Shown here: one piece after another, positions 20,383 to 30,625 of the stretch
Layout: each line of letters opens with the position of its first letter
Position numbering within the stretch: position 1 is the stretch's first letter
DNA from: a virus
Length of the DNA: 64,000 nucleotides
Direction: 5' to 3' (one strand)
Virus record (IMG/VR): IMGVR_UViG_3300014913_000011
Location: 8,414-72,413 of that record
Notes under the pieces: generated by a model
Told to the model about the DNA's origin: nothing
The model's input: only the letters and a program-made list of their open reading frames with translations
Database searches by the model: none
Program-made: the position numbers and the translations under genes

Positions 20383-20898
20383 TTACAGCTTTAGCTGAAT
20401 TAAGAGTGCTTGTCCTGCAGCAACTTGCTCTGCTGTCAGTGGCTCTTGTACAATCGCACAAGGCACAGGAACACCTGCAACATTTACTGCAACGTCCTGA
20501 GATGATCCATCATCATTTATTAATTTTCCATTGTTAGCAGTATCGTTAACTTGACAGTATAGAACTGTACCAGCTGCAACACCAGCGCCTCCGATTATAT
20601 TGTAATTCTCTGTATGGTAAATTCCACCTTCTTGATAAAGAAGAATAGGGTCACCAAGTCTTGCATCACTTGCTCCGATTTCACCAGGAAACTCGTAGTT
20701 TTGTGGGAGATTTGCAGACTGAGCCTTTACACGCTGAAAAGAAATAGCGTAAGGTACGTTACCGGAAACGGCTACGCACTTAGCAGCTTTACCTTCAGCA
20801 GTTAGATACACAATAGCACCAGGTTCCATAGCTCCACTTGCTTCGTCATGAACGAGCATTGTGTTCTGTATACCTGGATGTCTAGGAATCAAAGCCAT
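20383..20898 (-). CDS. Head decoration/cement protein
   Basis: 171-aa Gly/Ala/Val-rich protein directly upstream of the MCP. Confidence 0.65.
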   Translation of the reverse strand: MALIPRHPGIQNTMLVHDEASGAMEPGAIVYLTAEGKAAKCVAVSGNVPYAISFQRVKAQSANLPQNYEFPGEIGASDARLGDPILLYQEGGIYHTENYNIIGGAGVAAGTVLYCQVNDTANNGKLINDDGSSQDVAVNVAGVPVPCAIVQEPLTAEQVAAGQALLIQLKL

Positions 20899-20942
20899 AA
20901 CTATATTCCCATCCTTTTATAATTTTATATTATATAAAAATA

Positions 20943-21731
20943 CTAAAAACAATTAACTAAATCGTTAACTAGTTTTCTAGCGTCGAGTTTACTAGAATTA
21001 CACGAAGCTTCTTCTTTAACTTCTTCTGATTCTTCTAAAGATTTCTCTTCTTCGGTCTCTTCAGCTAGTTTTTCATCTTCCTGCTTTTCTGTCTCCGTTT
21101 TAGGAGCCTCTTCTTCCTCTGTTTCCAGAAGTTTTTCATTTGAAAGAATTTTTTTCAATTTCTCAGTGACTTCTTCGGCAGAGGCTGCTGCTTCAGCATC
21201 GCCCTGTACAATTTCGTCTACTTTGGAATCGATCTCCTCTTCCTTAGCCTCTTCTTCATGGGCCTTAGAAGTTGTTGAGATTCTTTCTTTAATGTCAGTA
21301 AGGTCTTCGACGTAAGCCTCAAACTCTTCTATTGACATTTTGGAAATACGTTCCGCTTGCGCCACAAGCTTGTCTTCTCCTGAACGAAGAATATCATTCT
21401 CCTTCAAAATACTAACACGCTCTGCGATCATAGCTGCTTCCTTCATAGCGTCAAGCTCTTCCTGAGCTTTTGCTGCTACTTCAAGAGCTGCTGCTAACTT
21501 TTCCTCTAAATCCTTTACAGTTGCCTGGGACTCAGATAATTCCTTATCTTTTAGTTCAGCCTCTGTATGAAGGGTTTCGATTTCTGTTGCTTGATCGGCT
21601 ACATCAACGGTTAACTGCTGAACGTCTTCCAAAGTCGCTTCTACTTTGGCTTTGATACTTTCTGAATTATCAGTAGTACTTTCTTCCTCAGTAACTTCAA
21701 CTTCTTTAGTCTCAAGCTGTTCTTTTACCAT
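20943..21731 (-). CDS. Capsid scaffolding protein
   Basis: Very acidic coiled coil. Start reassigned to ATG 21731 (MVKEQLE) because AGGAGG lies just upstream. Confidence 0.75.
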   Translation of the reverse strand: MVKEQLETKEVEVTEEESTTDNSESIKAKVEATLEDVQQLTVDVADQATEIETLHTEAELKDKELSESQATVKDLEEKLAAALEVAAKAQEELDAMKEAAMIAERVSILKENDILRSGEDKLVAQAERISKMSIEEFEAYVEDLTDIKERISTTSKAHEEEAKEEEIDSKVDEIVQGDAEAAASAEEVTEKLKKILSNEKLLETEEEEAPKTETEKQEDEKLAEETEEEKSLEESEEVKEEASCNSSKLDARKLVNDLVNCF

Positions 21732-21744
21732 TAATTGAAACCTC

Positions 21745-22119
21745 CTAGTTTCTGGTTTTGTCTCTTTCAAGACTTTTCTTAGATAGATATTGCTCAAACT
21801 TACTATTAAATCCCATAGTACAAATCTCGTAAGATTCTGCTACTTTTAAGATTTTTTTATAAGCTTCCTCTATTTCCTGCTCTGAAACCTTCTTTACTTT
21901 TAAGAGATGCTCCATTGCAGATAAAACTTGACGCTTACCATCTAGTGGTAATTTCTTAAGATTAGTAAAAGCATATTCTTTAGCTATCTTTATTTTTTTC
22001 TTATTTAACTTCTTGTAATTACTAACTTTTTCCTCAGTTGAACTAGGTTTAGCCTTTAGGTCTTTATCCTGTACCTTGTCCTTTAGTTCTTGGGGGAATG
22101 ACTCGAATAATTTAACCAT
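21745..22119 (-). CDS. DUF6582-like single-module protein
   Basis: YAFTNLKKLPLDGKRQVLSAM...AYKKILKVAESYEI, homologous to two modules at the protease C-terminus. Confidence 0.6.
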   Translation of the reverse strand: MVKLFESFPQELKDKVQDKDLKAKPSSTEEKVSNYKKLNKKKIKIAKEYAFTNLKKLPLDGKRQVLSAMEHLLKVKKVSEQEIEEAYKKILKVAESYEICTMGFNSKFEQYLSKKSLERDKTRN

Positions 22120-23921
22120 TACTTTTTAGTTGCCTGTTTCTTAACGGCTTTTGTTTTTAATGCCCTCTGTTTAAAAGAATTTGTATTTATCCCAAAAGTT
22201 GCTGCTGCTTTTAATATATTAACTACTAACATTTCTCTCTCATAGGAACTCATTTTAACTTTAAGTCTAGAAAACTTGCTCATAGCAGATATTACTTGCT
22301 CTCTAGTATCCAAAGGAAACATTTCTAACCTTGGTAGCCCATACTTTGCGCTATAGTCAATTTCTGCAGCAAATTCAAGATCTTCTACTGACTCTTCGAA
22401 AGTTTCTGTAGATATACCTAACTTTATTCCCGCTATTACTAAATTATTGAAGAACTCTTTCTGATCCTTCTCCTCAAGTGTCTTACTAATATATTGAAAT
22501 AACTTCATATTTGCATGAATCCTGTCTTTCGAGTGAATTGGGTACTTCCTTTCCTGTCTCAATCCGAAAGAGGTATGTGACAACTTCTTTCTCTCTTTAG
22601 TAGTGGTACCCTTTACTCTTGGTACTTTAAGTTTGTCTATTTTCTCAACTGCCTTACCGACTGGGAACTCTTTTTCTTCTTTAAATTCAGTTTCATCAGA
22701 CTTATCTACTATTTTAAATAGTGATTCTATTTGCTCAACTGCCTTTTGATCTACCTTATCTGATCCCGCCTCTAAAACTGCTTCAAGTTCGTCGTCTCCT
22801 TCTGACTTCTTCTCTGCTTCAACTATAAATGAAACTTTACTACTACCTACTATCTCATAAGATTCACTGTCAGTATGGATAACCGTATCGCTTACTTCTG
22901 ACTCGGCCAATTCTTCTGCCCTTAGAAAGGAACAATTTAACTCAGCTAATCTAACGACTATACCATCACTTGCCATCTCCACTGATCTAATTTTTGCCTC
23001 TTCATAAGTGCTATAATGATGTTTAATCTCAGATCCGACAATCAGTACAAATCCAGTGTCTTTCCTTTCGGCTACTTTGAATTCTTTCCTATTTTTTACT
23101 TCATTAATTGAATCTTTTTCTAACTTATCCAAGTCCACTAATATTAAACTCATTTTAGCTGCTTCTGGTAGGTTCTTCGCTGTCCTCACTTGACTAGCAG
23201 CCTCAAGTATTAGAGATCTGTTATTGGCTGGATTACCTACAATAGCTACACCACAGAACCTAACTCCTCTTAACATTCTGGCAATCCTTTCGTTTCCAAG
23301 ACACTTACCTTTTGCTACATCTCTAACTTCTCTATTTATTGTGGAATCAGCCTTATCATAAACAGCTGCTTCATTCTTGGATAGGATAACATCATCTACT
23401 TGGACATCAAAATCATCATAATAACATTCCATGGATACTTTCCACTTGCCCATCTCTATTTCTTCAGAAATTTCTGGGAAGTTGGCTCTATAGACTGCAC
23501 AGATAATTCCAATATCCATTTCCATCTTGTCTAACTCGGCTATAGCTTCCTTTCTCTCCTTCTCATCAGAGTGTGTAGCTTTAGCGTATAGCTCTTTATC
23601 GTCTAATACATTACCAACTTGATCCATGAAAATCCATGACGTAATATGTCCTATAACATCTTTAGATTCATGAGAAATGTTAACTGGTTTTTGTGTAATG
23701 GATTCCCTGGCTAATACTAATTCTGATCCTAGGAAACCTGCACCATTCTTATTTACTCCAGTAGAGACTAGAATAGCTGACATAAACATGAGGTCTTTTT
23801 GATTATTCTGGGGTAGTTCTAATTTTTCAGCAATTTCTTTTTTACGTTTATCAGATAACTCCTGATGTACGTTTAAAATTGCTTCTAACAATAATTTTTT
23901 ACTCATATCTAACCTCTCCAA
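22119..23921 (-). CDS. Prohead maturation protease with C-terminal DUF6582-like repeats
   Basis: NKNG, KPVNISH...VIGHI, VSMEC, FCGVAIVGNPA protease motifs; lies between portal and scaffold. Confidence 0.8.
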   Translation of the reverse strand: MERLDMSKKLLLEAILNVHQELSDKRKKEIAEKLELPQNNQKDLMFMSAILVSTGVNKNGAGFLGSELVLARESITQKPVNISHESKDVIGHITSWIFMDQVGNVLDDKELYAKATHSDEKERKEAIAELDKMEMDIGIICAVYRANFPEISEEIEMGKWKVSMECYYDDFDVQVDDVILSKNEAAVYDKADSTINREVRDVAKGKCLGNERIARMLRGVRFCGVAIVGNPANNRSLILEAASQVRTAKNLPEAAKMSLILVDLDKLEKDSINEVKNRKEFKVAERKDTGFVLIVGSEIKHHYSTYEEAKIRSVEMASDGIVVRLAELNCSFLRAEELAESEVSDTVIHTDSESYEIVGSSKVSFIVEAEKKSEGDDELEAVLEAGSDKVDQKAVEQIESLFKIVDKSDETEFKEEKEFPVGKAVEKIDKLKVPRVKGTTTKERKKLSHTSFGLRQERKYPIHSKDRIHANMKLFQYISKTLEEKDQKEFFNNLVIAGIKLGISTETFEESVEDLEFAAEIDYSAKYGLPRLEMFPLDTREQVISAMSKFSRLKVKMSSYEREMLVVNILKAAATFGINTNSFKQRALKTKAVKKQATKK

Positions 23922-23938
23922 AGAGTTTTATAATTTTT

Positions 23939-24469
23939 CTAAGAAGTAATAGTAACTGATCCTGCAGATCTTAATGCAGTTCCAACAACTTCTCCTTCCT
24001 TTTCTGCTGAGTCTACTTCTATGTAAAGTACTGGGTTTCTATCTGTACCTACTCTTGTTAACTCAAACTCACTATTTTCATTCTTAAAGGTATGAAAATT
24101 AGTAACTGTCTTCTTCACTACTTCTGTATGTATGGATACTACTTTACCTTTCCAGGCACCTAAGTGGTCTGTCCAACTTACTTTTACTCCTGCCTGAACT
24201 GAGGCTTTCTCTATAGCCTGCTCACAGAATGCACTTGATTTAAAATCGTCAACTAAATATAAAAGCTGTTCCTTTTTATACTCTTCATTAATTATTAACT
24301 GTACTTCCATCACCATTGCATTCATCTGTGCTTGCCACTGTAATACAAATTCAAGAGTGGGTGTTCCAGCCATGTATTCTATAGAGTCGCTAAGAACTTT
24401 AGCAATACCAAGCAAAATTATCTCCATTGCTTCTCTTTTTGCATATAATGTGTCTATTAAGTCACTCAT
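23939..24469 (-). CDS. Head-associated protein with a DUF2945/Hva1 Tudor-like domain
   Basis: GVKVSW...GAWKGKV...DRNPVLYIEV pattern. Confidence 0.45.
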   Translation of the reverse strand: MSDLIDTLYAKREAMEIILLGIAKVLSDSIEYMAGTPTLEFVLQWQAQMNAMVMEVQLIINEEYKKEQLLYLVDDFKSSAFCEQAIEKASVQAGVKVSWTDHLGAWKGKVVSIHTEVVKKTVTNFHTFKNENSEFELTRVGTDRNPVLYIEVDSAEKEGEVVGTALRSAGSVTITS

Positions 24470-24545
24470 TTTATAAATCCTCCCTATTATTGTTTAAATT
24501 AGAATCTCTTCTTAAATAGATAAAGTACAGAAACATATCCCATTG

Positions 24546-26690
24546 TTATTTCTTGGATTTTAGTAATGTGATTAACCTCTTTTTCTCACCTTCTGGTAAC
24601 TCTCTAATATTACTAATTAAACCTTCTACTTCTACATCTATATTAGTATTGTCCGAAGCTTTGGTTCTGGTTTGTTTTTGTTGAGTAGGACTATCTACCT
24701 TAGTTTTTTTTGTAACTGTTTTAGTATTATCTACTGGTTTCTTGTTTCCAGTTGGTTGTCCTTTTGGTCTACCCTGGTCTCCAGATGTTTGTTGAAAAGG
24801 ACTCCCAGGTATTCCTATACCCTCTGCTTCCAACTTTAACTCTTCTCGCATCTTCTCTACTTCTGCTTCTGGATCAAATCCCAAGACTTGCATAGTGGTA
24901 TGTCTGGAAACTAGTTTTCTATCAATCATTTGCATCATGGAAGCTCTAGTAACTGCATCACTGTCTGTTGTAATAACTGATTGTTGCCATCTCACTACCG
25001 GATAAGAATTAAAGCCATTTTGTTCTGCTATTAGCTTATATTGCTTATAAATCCAGGCAGTTATTGCTCTTCTAACGACATCTATCTGACTTTGAGTTGA
25101 CTTAGAAGATAGTACTGCTGCTGCATTTTGTATAGAGCTGCCGTCAATTATGGCTCTAGATATACCTAAACCTGCTTGAATGTCCATCTCTACTTGCTCA
25201 TACTTGGCCTTTCCAAGGATGGCACCTATATCGGGGGTAGTTATTTTCTCAATATCCAAAGTATGATTCCATACTACAGAGAATGCCTTTTGAGGGGTGT
25301 TAAAGGCTTCTGCTAGATCTTCTAGAACCTTTAGATCAGTAACTGGGTGGTCCTTATCCCCTACAGTTACCTTTAGAATATAGTTAAAAATTCCATCTAA
25401 GGTAGCAAAATCGGCTGCTACTAGTTCGTCCTTATAATCGATGGCATCAAAAATCCTGGATCCTCTAGGTTTCGCATAAGCTTCATGGTCATCCTTACGA
25501 AAAAATATGACATCTAATTCATCACCCGTGAATAGGTAGTCATCTCCCCCTATAGCGGAAGCTTTCATTTTGGTGGGGACCATTCCTATTAACTGTTTCT
25601 CCTCTGGACTCATTTCTCTCTTCTTTTGTCTCTCTACTGATTCCTTCAAACCAGATAAACCTTTAGAGGTGTAAGTGTAAGTAGCCCCACCAAAAAACCC
25701 TGAACTCTCTACATTCATATGTTTAGGATTTAATAGAGTATAAGCTATTGGCATCTTCCCGGATGCTTTTTTAGCTGCCACCTCTATTTCCCTCGCAATC
25801 GCTGCATCATACCTTTTCTTATCCTGTTTGGTCCATTTTTTTCCAGTTACTTTTTCATAAACATCTCTAGATAGTCGAAGAAGGGTTGCCTTCTCTTTTT
25901 GTTTTTTCTTAGTATTAGTGGGTATTTTCCCAGGCAATGATGAGATTCCACCTGTATTTGGCTCATAACTACCTGTTCCTGGCATGACATACGCTATACC
26001 ATACTTGAATAGGTTATTAATTATCTTGTCTACTGTCTTCAAAAAGTTAGTATCTAAAATCCAAGAATCATAAAACTCCTTTATAGCCTCATCTGCTATT
26101 TCGTTTACGAACCCTGTTGATGTGAAGTCTGTGAGTGCGTCTATAGCTGATCCATATATTCCAGATCTGTAATATTCAACTTCAGACCTTTCATATAGTT
26201 CAACTGCGTTCGCTTCGTCAGGTGTTTTCTCTCTGAGATCTAGTTCCTCATTGCTCAGAGGTGTACGGTATCTTTGATTCAGGGAGGCCATTTCTAGGGA
26301 AGCCATTTCTTTGTTGGTCTGTTTGACCTGCTTCACTACTTCTTCTATTCCTTTACCATTCTCTACTGCTTTAGCTATATCTCTTAAACCTGCTATCTCT
26401 ATCTGTCGAAGAAAGTTATCTCTTGTCTTGTTTAAATTTAATTTATGATATAGACTACCTCTATTAACCTGTCTCTCTGTAACTAGTTTATTTAATTGAT
26501 CTTTATTTGCAAAAAAATTTCTATCAGCATCAAATTCTGAAATACTTAACTCTGCCGATAATTTTCCGTCCTTTATGTCACTAACCTTACTAATTTGGAT
26601 ACCTTTAGGTTTTAATGACTTATTAACTTTTGAAATTATGGCTGCTTTATCTATCTTTTTATTCTTATCGTCGTCTTTTTTTTCTACCAC
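24546..26690 (-). CDS. Portal protein
   Basis: Directly downstream of TerL; YGSAIDALTDF, FFRKDDHEAYAKPRG, MIDRKLVSRHT...LGFDPEAEVEKM, GDQGRP tail. Confidence 0.85.
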   Translation of the reverse strand: MVEKKDDDKNKKIDKAAIISKVNKSLKPKGIQISKVSDIKDGKLSAELSISEFDADRNFFANKDQLNKLVTERQVNRGSLYHKLNLNKTRDNFLRQIEIAGLRDIAKAVENGKGIEEVVKQVKQTNKEMASLEMASLNQRYRTPLSNEELDLREKTPDEANAVELYERSEVEYYRSGIYGSAIDALTDFTSTGFVNEIADEAIKEFYDSWILDTNFLKTVDKIINNLFKYGIAYVMPGTGSYEPNTGGISSLPGKIPTNTKKKQKEKATLLRLSRDVYEKVTGKKWTKQDKKRYDAAIAREIEVAAKKASGKMPIAYTLLNPKHMNVESSGFFGGATYTYTSKGLSGLKESVERQKKREMSPEEKQLIGMVPTKMKASAIGGDDYLFTGDELDVIFFRKDDHEAYAKPRGSRIFDAIDYKDELVAADFATLDGIFNYILKVTVGDKDHPVTDLKVLEDLAEAFNTPQKAFSVVWNHTLDIEKITTPDIGAILGKAKYEQVEMDIQAGLGISRAIIDGSSIQNAAAVLSSKSTQSQIDVVRRAITAWIYKQYKLIAEQNGFNSYPVVRWQQSVITTDSDAVTRASMMQMIDRKLVSRHTTMQVLGFDPEAEVEKMREELKLEAEGIGIPGSPFQQTSGDQGRPKGQPTGNKKPVDNTKTVTKKTKVDSPTQQKQTRTKASDNTNIDVEVEGLISNIRELPEGEKKRLITLLKSKK

Positions 26691-29622
26691 TTTTCTGTGT
26701 TATAACTCCTCCGTTCCTTATTCTACGAATCCCGCTTGATCTTTGCTCTTGCATGAACTCCTGAGGTGTACAAACTAGTCTACCTTGTTGTATCATACCA
26801 ACATCTGGGCCAGATGTCAAACTTTGTTCGTTTATTTCCCTTATTATACCTGTTGTAGGTACACTTAAATCTTCTCCGGGCTTAAACCCCCGATCATACG
26901 CACATTTACCTGCTAATATGAAGGCTGTATATAAATCCTTTGTGTTCTTGTCCAGATTTGATTTTCGCGCTGCATTACTGCTGTTTGCATTTTTAGGTAA
27001 ATCATACCTTGGAAGTTCTTTAACACCTGAACTAGTTATGATGATTGAAGCTATTTGATCTATCATCTTCTGAACTAAATCTATTGTTTTTATCCTTCCT
27101 TTTGCGTCTGGTGAGCTTTGTACTTCTATTGGATTATTAGATTGAGGTAATTTTAATAAACCTTGCTCTAATAATGCCTTAGTATTATTATTAGCATCAC
27201 CTATAAATTCACTTACAAAATTACACATAGTAAGAATTCTCTTTCCTGTCATAAAAGGGCTTGACTCTTTCTCAATAATCTTTGTTTTTAGATGATCTCC
27301 CACGTCTAATTGACTTGGATCTGCTAGTAGATCCTGTAAAGTTCTACCTCCACCTCCAGAATCCATGTAAATTTCCTCAGGACTGAATTTGAATATTAAA
27401 TCAAGGATAGTTTTTGCCTGATCCTGGAAAGAGGCAGTGCCCCCTGGAATTTCTACTATATGAACTACCTTACATACGAACCCTAGCTCCATAATTACTA
27501 TTGCTGTAGAATCTCTATCCCTAGCCACGTCAATTCCGAATACGTATTTGGTGTTTTTATGTTTATTTAAATCTCTCTCTGAATATGGAACTAGATCCAC
27601 TTCCCTACATGCAGAAAGTAAAGCCATCGGAAATGCACCTGCTGAGTCTGCAATCCACTCAGCACACCACTCTGTAAGGAACATATGCGAAGGATCGTTA
27701 TTCATTGCATTATCAATTAGGTCTTGCTCTAAAAAACCTTCAGGTATATCATTCCAAGGAACAAAATTTAAGGAGTGCTTATTACTTCCTGCTTTCATCT
27801 GTTGCCAAAATTTTTGAATAGTAGCCCACCAGTAATTAAATTGGTAATATCCAGAAGTAATCGCGATATATCCATTATCAGTGGAGAGTAAGTTTTCTAT
27901 TAACTGTATATTATTTTTTCCTGACTCCTTATACTCGTTCTTAAGTTTTTCTAATTCTATTACCCTACCCATAGGATCAACTGATGTGGCAAGCATAGGT
28001 AGAATTACACTACTTAGAATTACCTCAGGGAGCTGAACACACTCATCAATTAATATCTCACTAAAACGTAGCCCTCTAATTTTTGCTCCATCTGTTCCTA
28101 CTGGCAAAGCATTTAAGTAACTAGACTGATAACCCGTTGCAGGTGGTTTGAGTATACACTTACAAGCATCATTACCTTCAGTTGGCTCTTTAAGAATGCA
28201 TTCTGCTAATAAAGGACTATCATCTACAAACTTTGTAAACTCTTTAAAAATAAGTTTTGACTGCCTGTAGGAAGGACCGAATACTCCCATTCTTGAGTTT
28301 GGATATAATAACATTTTAAGTGCTAAGTATACAGCACATAGGAACGTATTATGAGTAACGATATAATCATCGGTTACATATAGTTCTTCAGGATCATCTA
28401 TCTTTATGCAGGTTGCATAATCTTTCTTTCCCGTAAACTCTATTGATTCTATCCTAAGACCAAAATTTTTTTCTGAATATTGATCTGTTTCTTTAAATCT
28501 CTCTAATTTTCTAGGTGATGAAACCAGTTCTCTTTTATCTTTATACCTAATACCTAATCTATAAGACTTTCTTCCTTTAACCTTGTCTCCATACTTATCC
28601 GTATACTTAGTTACTCTCGCCTGTATTGTACATATTCCACCCAATTTCCAAATTAAGGTTTGCACTTGTGTAGCCAACTCTTTACTTGTCGTTGTGTAGG
28701 TTATACTTCCACCTTTCACAGTTGTTCTATCTGTATCTATTAAACCCTGGATTAATTCGATGGTTTGTTTTCTTGATAGATTCATGTAGGCTTCAGGTAT
28801 ACTTTTGTCTTGGGACTTTTTACCAAAAATATTTAACCTTTTTAGTTCTTCTTTTAGAGTGTTTATATGAACTCTGCCTAAATTTCTTAGTTTTTTATGA
28901 ACTATTACATAGTCATACTTACCTCTCTTGGAAAGTTCTAAATCTTCAGGTAGTGCCTTTGATACTTTCTCTAGTATAAAACCATCAGCTGAAGTAAATC
29001 CTACGTGATGTGTCATACATCCATCTCCAACTAAAGCCCCCAATAGGTACGGATGTATGTATAATTCTTTATCCACTTCTAATACTACATTCTCTGCGAC
29101 AGGTATTCTAGGATACCTATGATTTCTCTTAGCTTTACCACTACCAATATACTCTTTAATATCCTCTGTTTCTAATACTTCATACTGCCCAGATCCATTT
29201 ACCCCTCGGACTGTCCATAAGTGTTCTTTAGTACACTCACAGGTTCTTCCATCATAGAAGTTTACTTTATAGATGTCTTGCTTACCCTGTGGAAATATAC
29301 CTATGACATTACTTAAGCTGCCTTTAGGAGTAATAACTTGGTCACCGATTTTAATATCTTCAATTTTTACCCAACCATTAACTGTTAATACTTTAGATCC
29401 ATTAACAGTCGCTTTACCAAATCCTCTAGAAGCAGTAAGTTGGTTGAACTTGCTCTGCCACCAATCCATTAAAATCTTCCCCTGCACTGGTAATAATGTC
29501 ACAGGTCTACCATCTCTTACTAATAAATGATTAGCAGCTATTATAGGATTCTGCCTATAAAAATGAATTAATCTTGTTATATCGTCTGGTAAAGTATTAC
29601 TTCTAGATTGAATTAAAACCAT
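26665..29622 (-). CDS. terL: Terminase large subunit, intein-containing
   Basis: Walker A ASRGFGK|T; IRGLR; Walker B ILIDE; RNase H-like nuclease FGIDVARDRDSTA. Confidence 0.95.
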   Translation of the reverse strand: MVLIQSRSNTLPDDITRLIHFYRQNPIIAANHLLVRDGRPVTLLPVQGKILMDWWQSKFNQLTASRGFGKATVNGSKVLTVNGWVKIEDIKIGDQVITPKGSLSNVIGIFPQGKQDIYKVNFYDGRTCECTKEHLWTVRGVNGSGQYEVLETEDIKEYIGSGKAKRNHRYPRIPVAENVVLEVDKELYIHPYLLGALVGDGCMTHHVGFTSADGFILEKVSKALPEDLELSKRGKYDYVIVHKKLRNLGRVHINTLKEELKRLNIFGKKSQDKSIPEAYMNLSRKQTIELIQGLIDTDRTTVKGGSITYTTTSKELATQVQTLIWKLGGICTIQARVTKYTDKYGDKVKGRKSYRLGIRYKDKRELVSSPRKLERFKETDQYSEKNFGLRIESIEFTGKKDYATCIKIDDPEELYVTDDYIVTHNTFLCAVYLALKMLLYPNSRMGVFGPSYRQSKLIFKEFTKFVDDSPLLAECILKEPTEGNDACKCILKPPATGYQSSYLNALPVGTDGAKIRGLRFSEILIDECVQLPEVILSSVILPMLATSVDPMGRVIELEKLKNEYKESGKNNIQLIENLLSTDNGYIAITSGYYQFNYWWATIQKFWQQMKAGSNKHSLNFVPWNDIPEGFLEQDLIDNAMNNDPSHMFLTEWCAEWIADSAGAFPMALLSACREVDLVPYSERDLNKHKNTKYVFGIDVARDRDSTAIVIMELGFVCKVVHIVEIPGGTASFQDQAKTILDLIFKFSPEEIYMDSGGGGRTLQDLLADPSQLDVGDHLKTKIIEKESSPFMTGKRILTMCNFVSEFIGDANNNTKALLEQGLLKLPQSNNPIEVQSSPDAKGRIKTIDLVQKMIDQIASIIITSSGVKELPRYDLPKNANSSNAARKSNLDKNTKDLYTAFILAGKCAYDRGFKPGEDLSVPTTGIIREINEQSLTSGPDVGMIQQGRLVCTPQEFMQEQRSSGIRRIRNGGVITQKSGRKKRRR
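28348..29412 (-). mobile_element. Class 3 intein (355 aa, Ala1) with LAGLIDADG domain, in the TerL Walker A motif
   Basis: Starts ATVNGSKVLTVNGW; block B CTKEHLW; block F ATCIKI; ends YIVTHN|T; PYLLGALVGDG. Confidence 0.92.
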
Positions 29623-30266
29623 TAAGGTGTATTTACCTTTATCTTTTTTTTACTTTTATCTTTTTTACTTTCTACCACTTCTAAAGCTGAATGTAAAGTC
29701 ATATACTCATCTACATCGGTGTGATCACTATTTTCATACTTATCTAATATTTTTTGCTGCTGTTTATCAAACATTGCGAATAATTTAGGTTCTTGTTTAA
29801 ATTTTCCTAACATATCCATCATTGTCATTTCTCTTCTATTCTTTCTTTCCTCTTGTCTAGATGATGCTGTAATTTTCAGACTTTTTTGAAGAGTATCTAC
29901 CTGTTTTGAAATATTAACAATGTCATTCATCGTTGTCTTATCAGGTGATCCTGCACAGACTGTAAGTACTTTATACATTTCATCTCTTCTGATAATATCA
30001 CGGTAAAGGGTCGCTATATCTTTTATCTCTGTCTCTGTAAGTTCCTTCGAACCTAACTCTATTATTAGTTTATCACATAATTTTAAAAATCTATTTCTTT
30101 CTTCCAATTTTAAAGTATTTTCAGGTACATATAGATACAAATCATCTGAGGTGATCTCAGCATTCTGCATAGAGTACTGCTTGTACCGTTTCTTAGTTAC
30201 TTTAGTGTACTTTTCTTTTGTAGAATCTTGCTCTACTATCTCTAACTCTTCTTCTTTATTGCTCAT
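29622..30266 (-). CDS. Putative terminase small subunit
   Basis: Helical protein whose stop overlaps the TerL start (TAATG); LQKSLKITASSR motif. Confidence 0.6.
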   Translation of the reverse strand: MSNKEEELEIVEQDSTKEKYTKVTKKRYKQYSMQNAEITSDDLYLYVPENTLKLEERNRFLKLCDKLIIELGSKELTETEIKDIATLYRDIIRRDEMYKVLTVCAGSPDKTTMNDIVNISKQVDTLQKSLKITASSRQEERKNRREMTMMDMLGKFKQEPKLFAMFDKQQQKILDKYENSDHTDVDEYMTLHSALEVVESKKDKSKKKIKVNTP

Positions 30267-30624
30267 CGTCTAATTCACTTATTAACCTATCTTTCAACTC
30301 TGATGAAAAAGAATTTAATTCTCCACAGTAAAGACAACACTTTCTGGCACTATTAGATCCTACAGTAATAAGTTCTCCACACTTAATACACGGCACTTCA
30401 CCTATTGTATGACTCACACAACTAGCACTAGTACTAACTATAGATTTATTAGGATCTGTACCACTTATTTCGTGATAGTACATTCCAGTTTTGGGATCTC
30501 TTCTACCAGCCTTGTATTTATCATAATGCTGATTTTGTTTCTCTATCATCTTAAAGTACTTCTTGTCGCCCATCTCTGCCCTGAGAGGGGTGTCTTTAGC
30601 CTTGGGTGCTTCTTTTAATGTCAT
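30256..30624 (-). CDS. Zn-ribbon protein
   Basis: CIKCG...CLYCG. Confidence 0.65.
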   Translation of the reverse strand: MTLKEAPKAKDTPLRAEMGDKKYFKMIEKQNQHYDKYKAGRRDPKTGMYYHEISGTDPNKSIVSTSASCVSHTIGEVPCIKCGELITVGSNSARKCCLYCGELNSFSSELKDRLISELDDEQ

Positions 30625-30625
30625 C

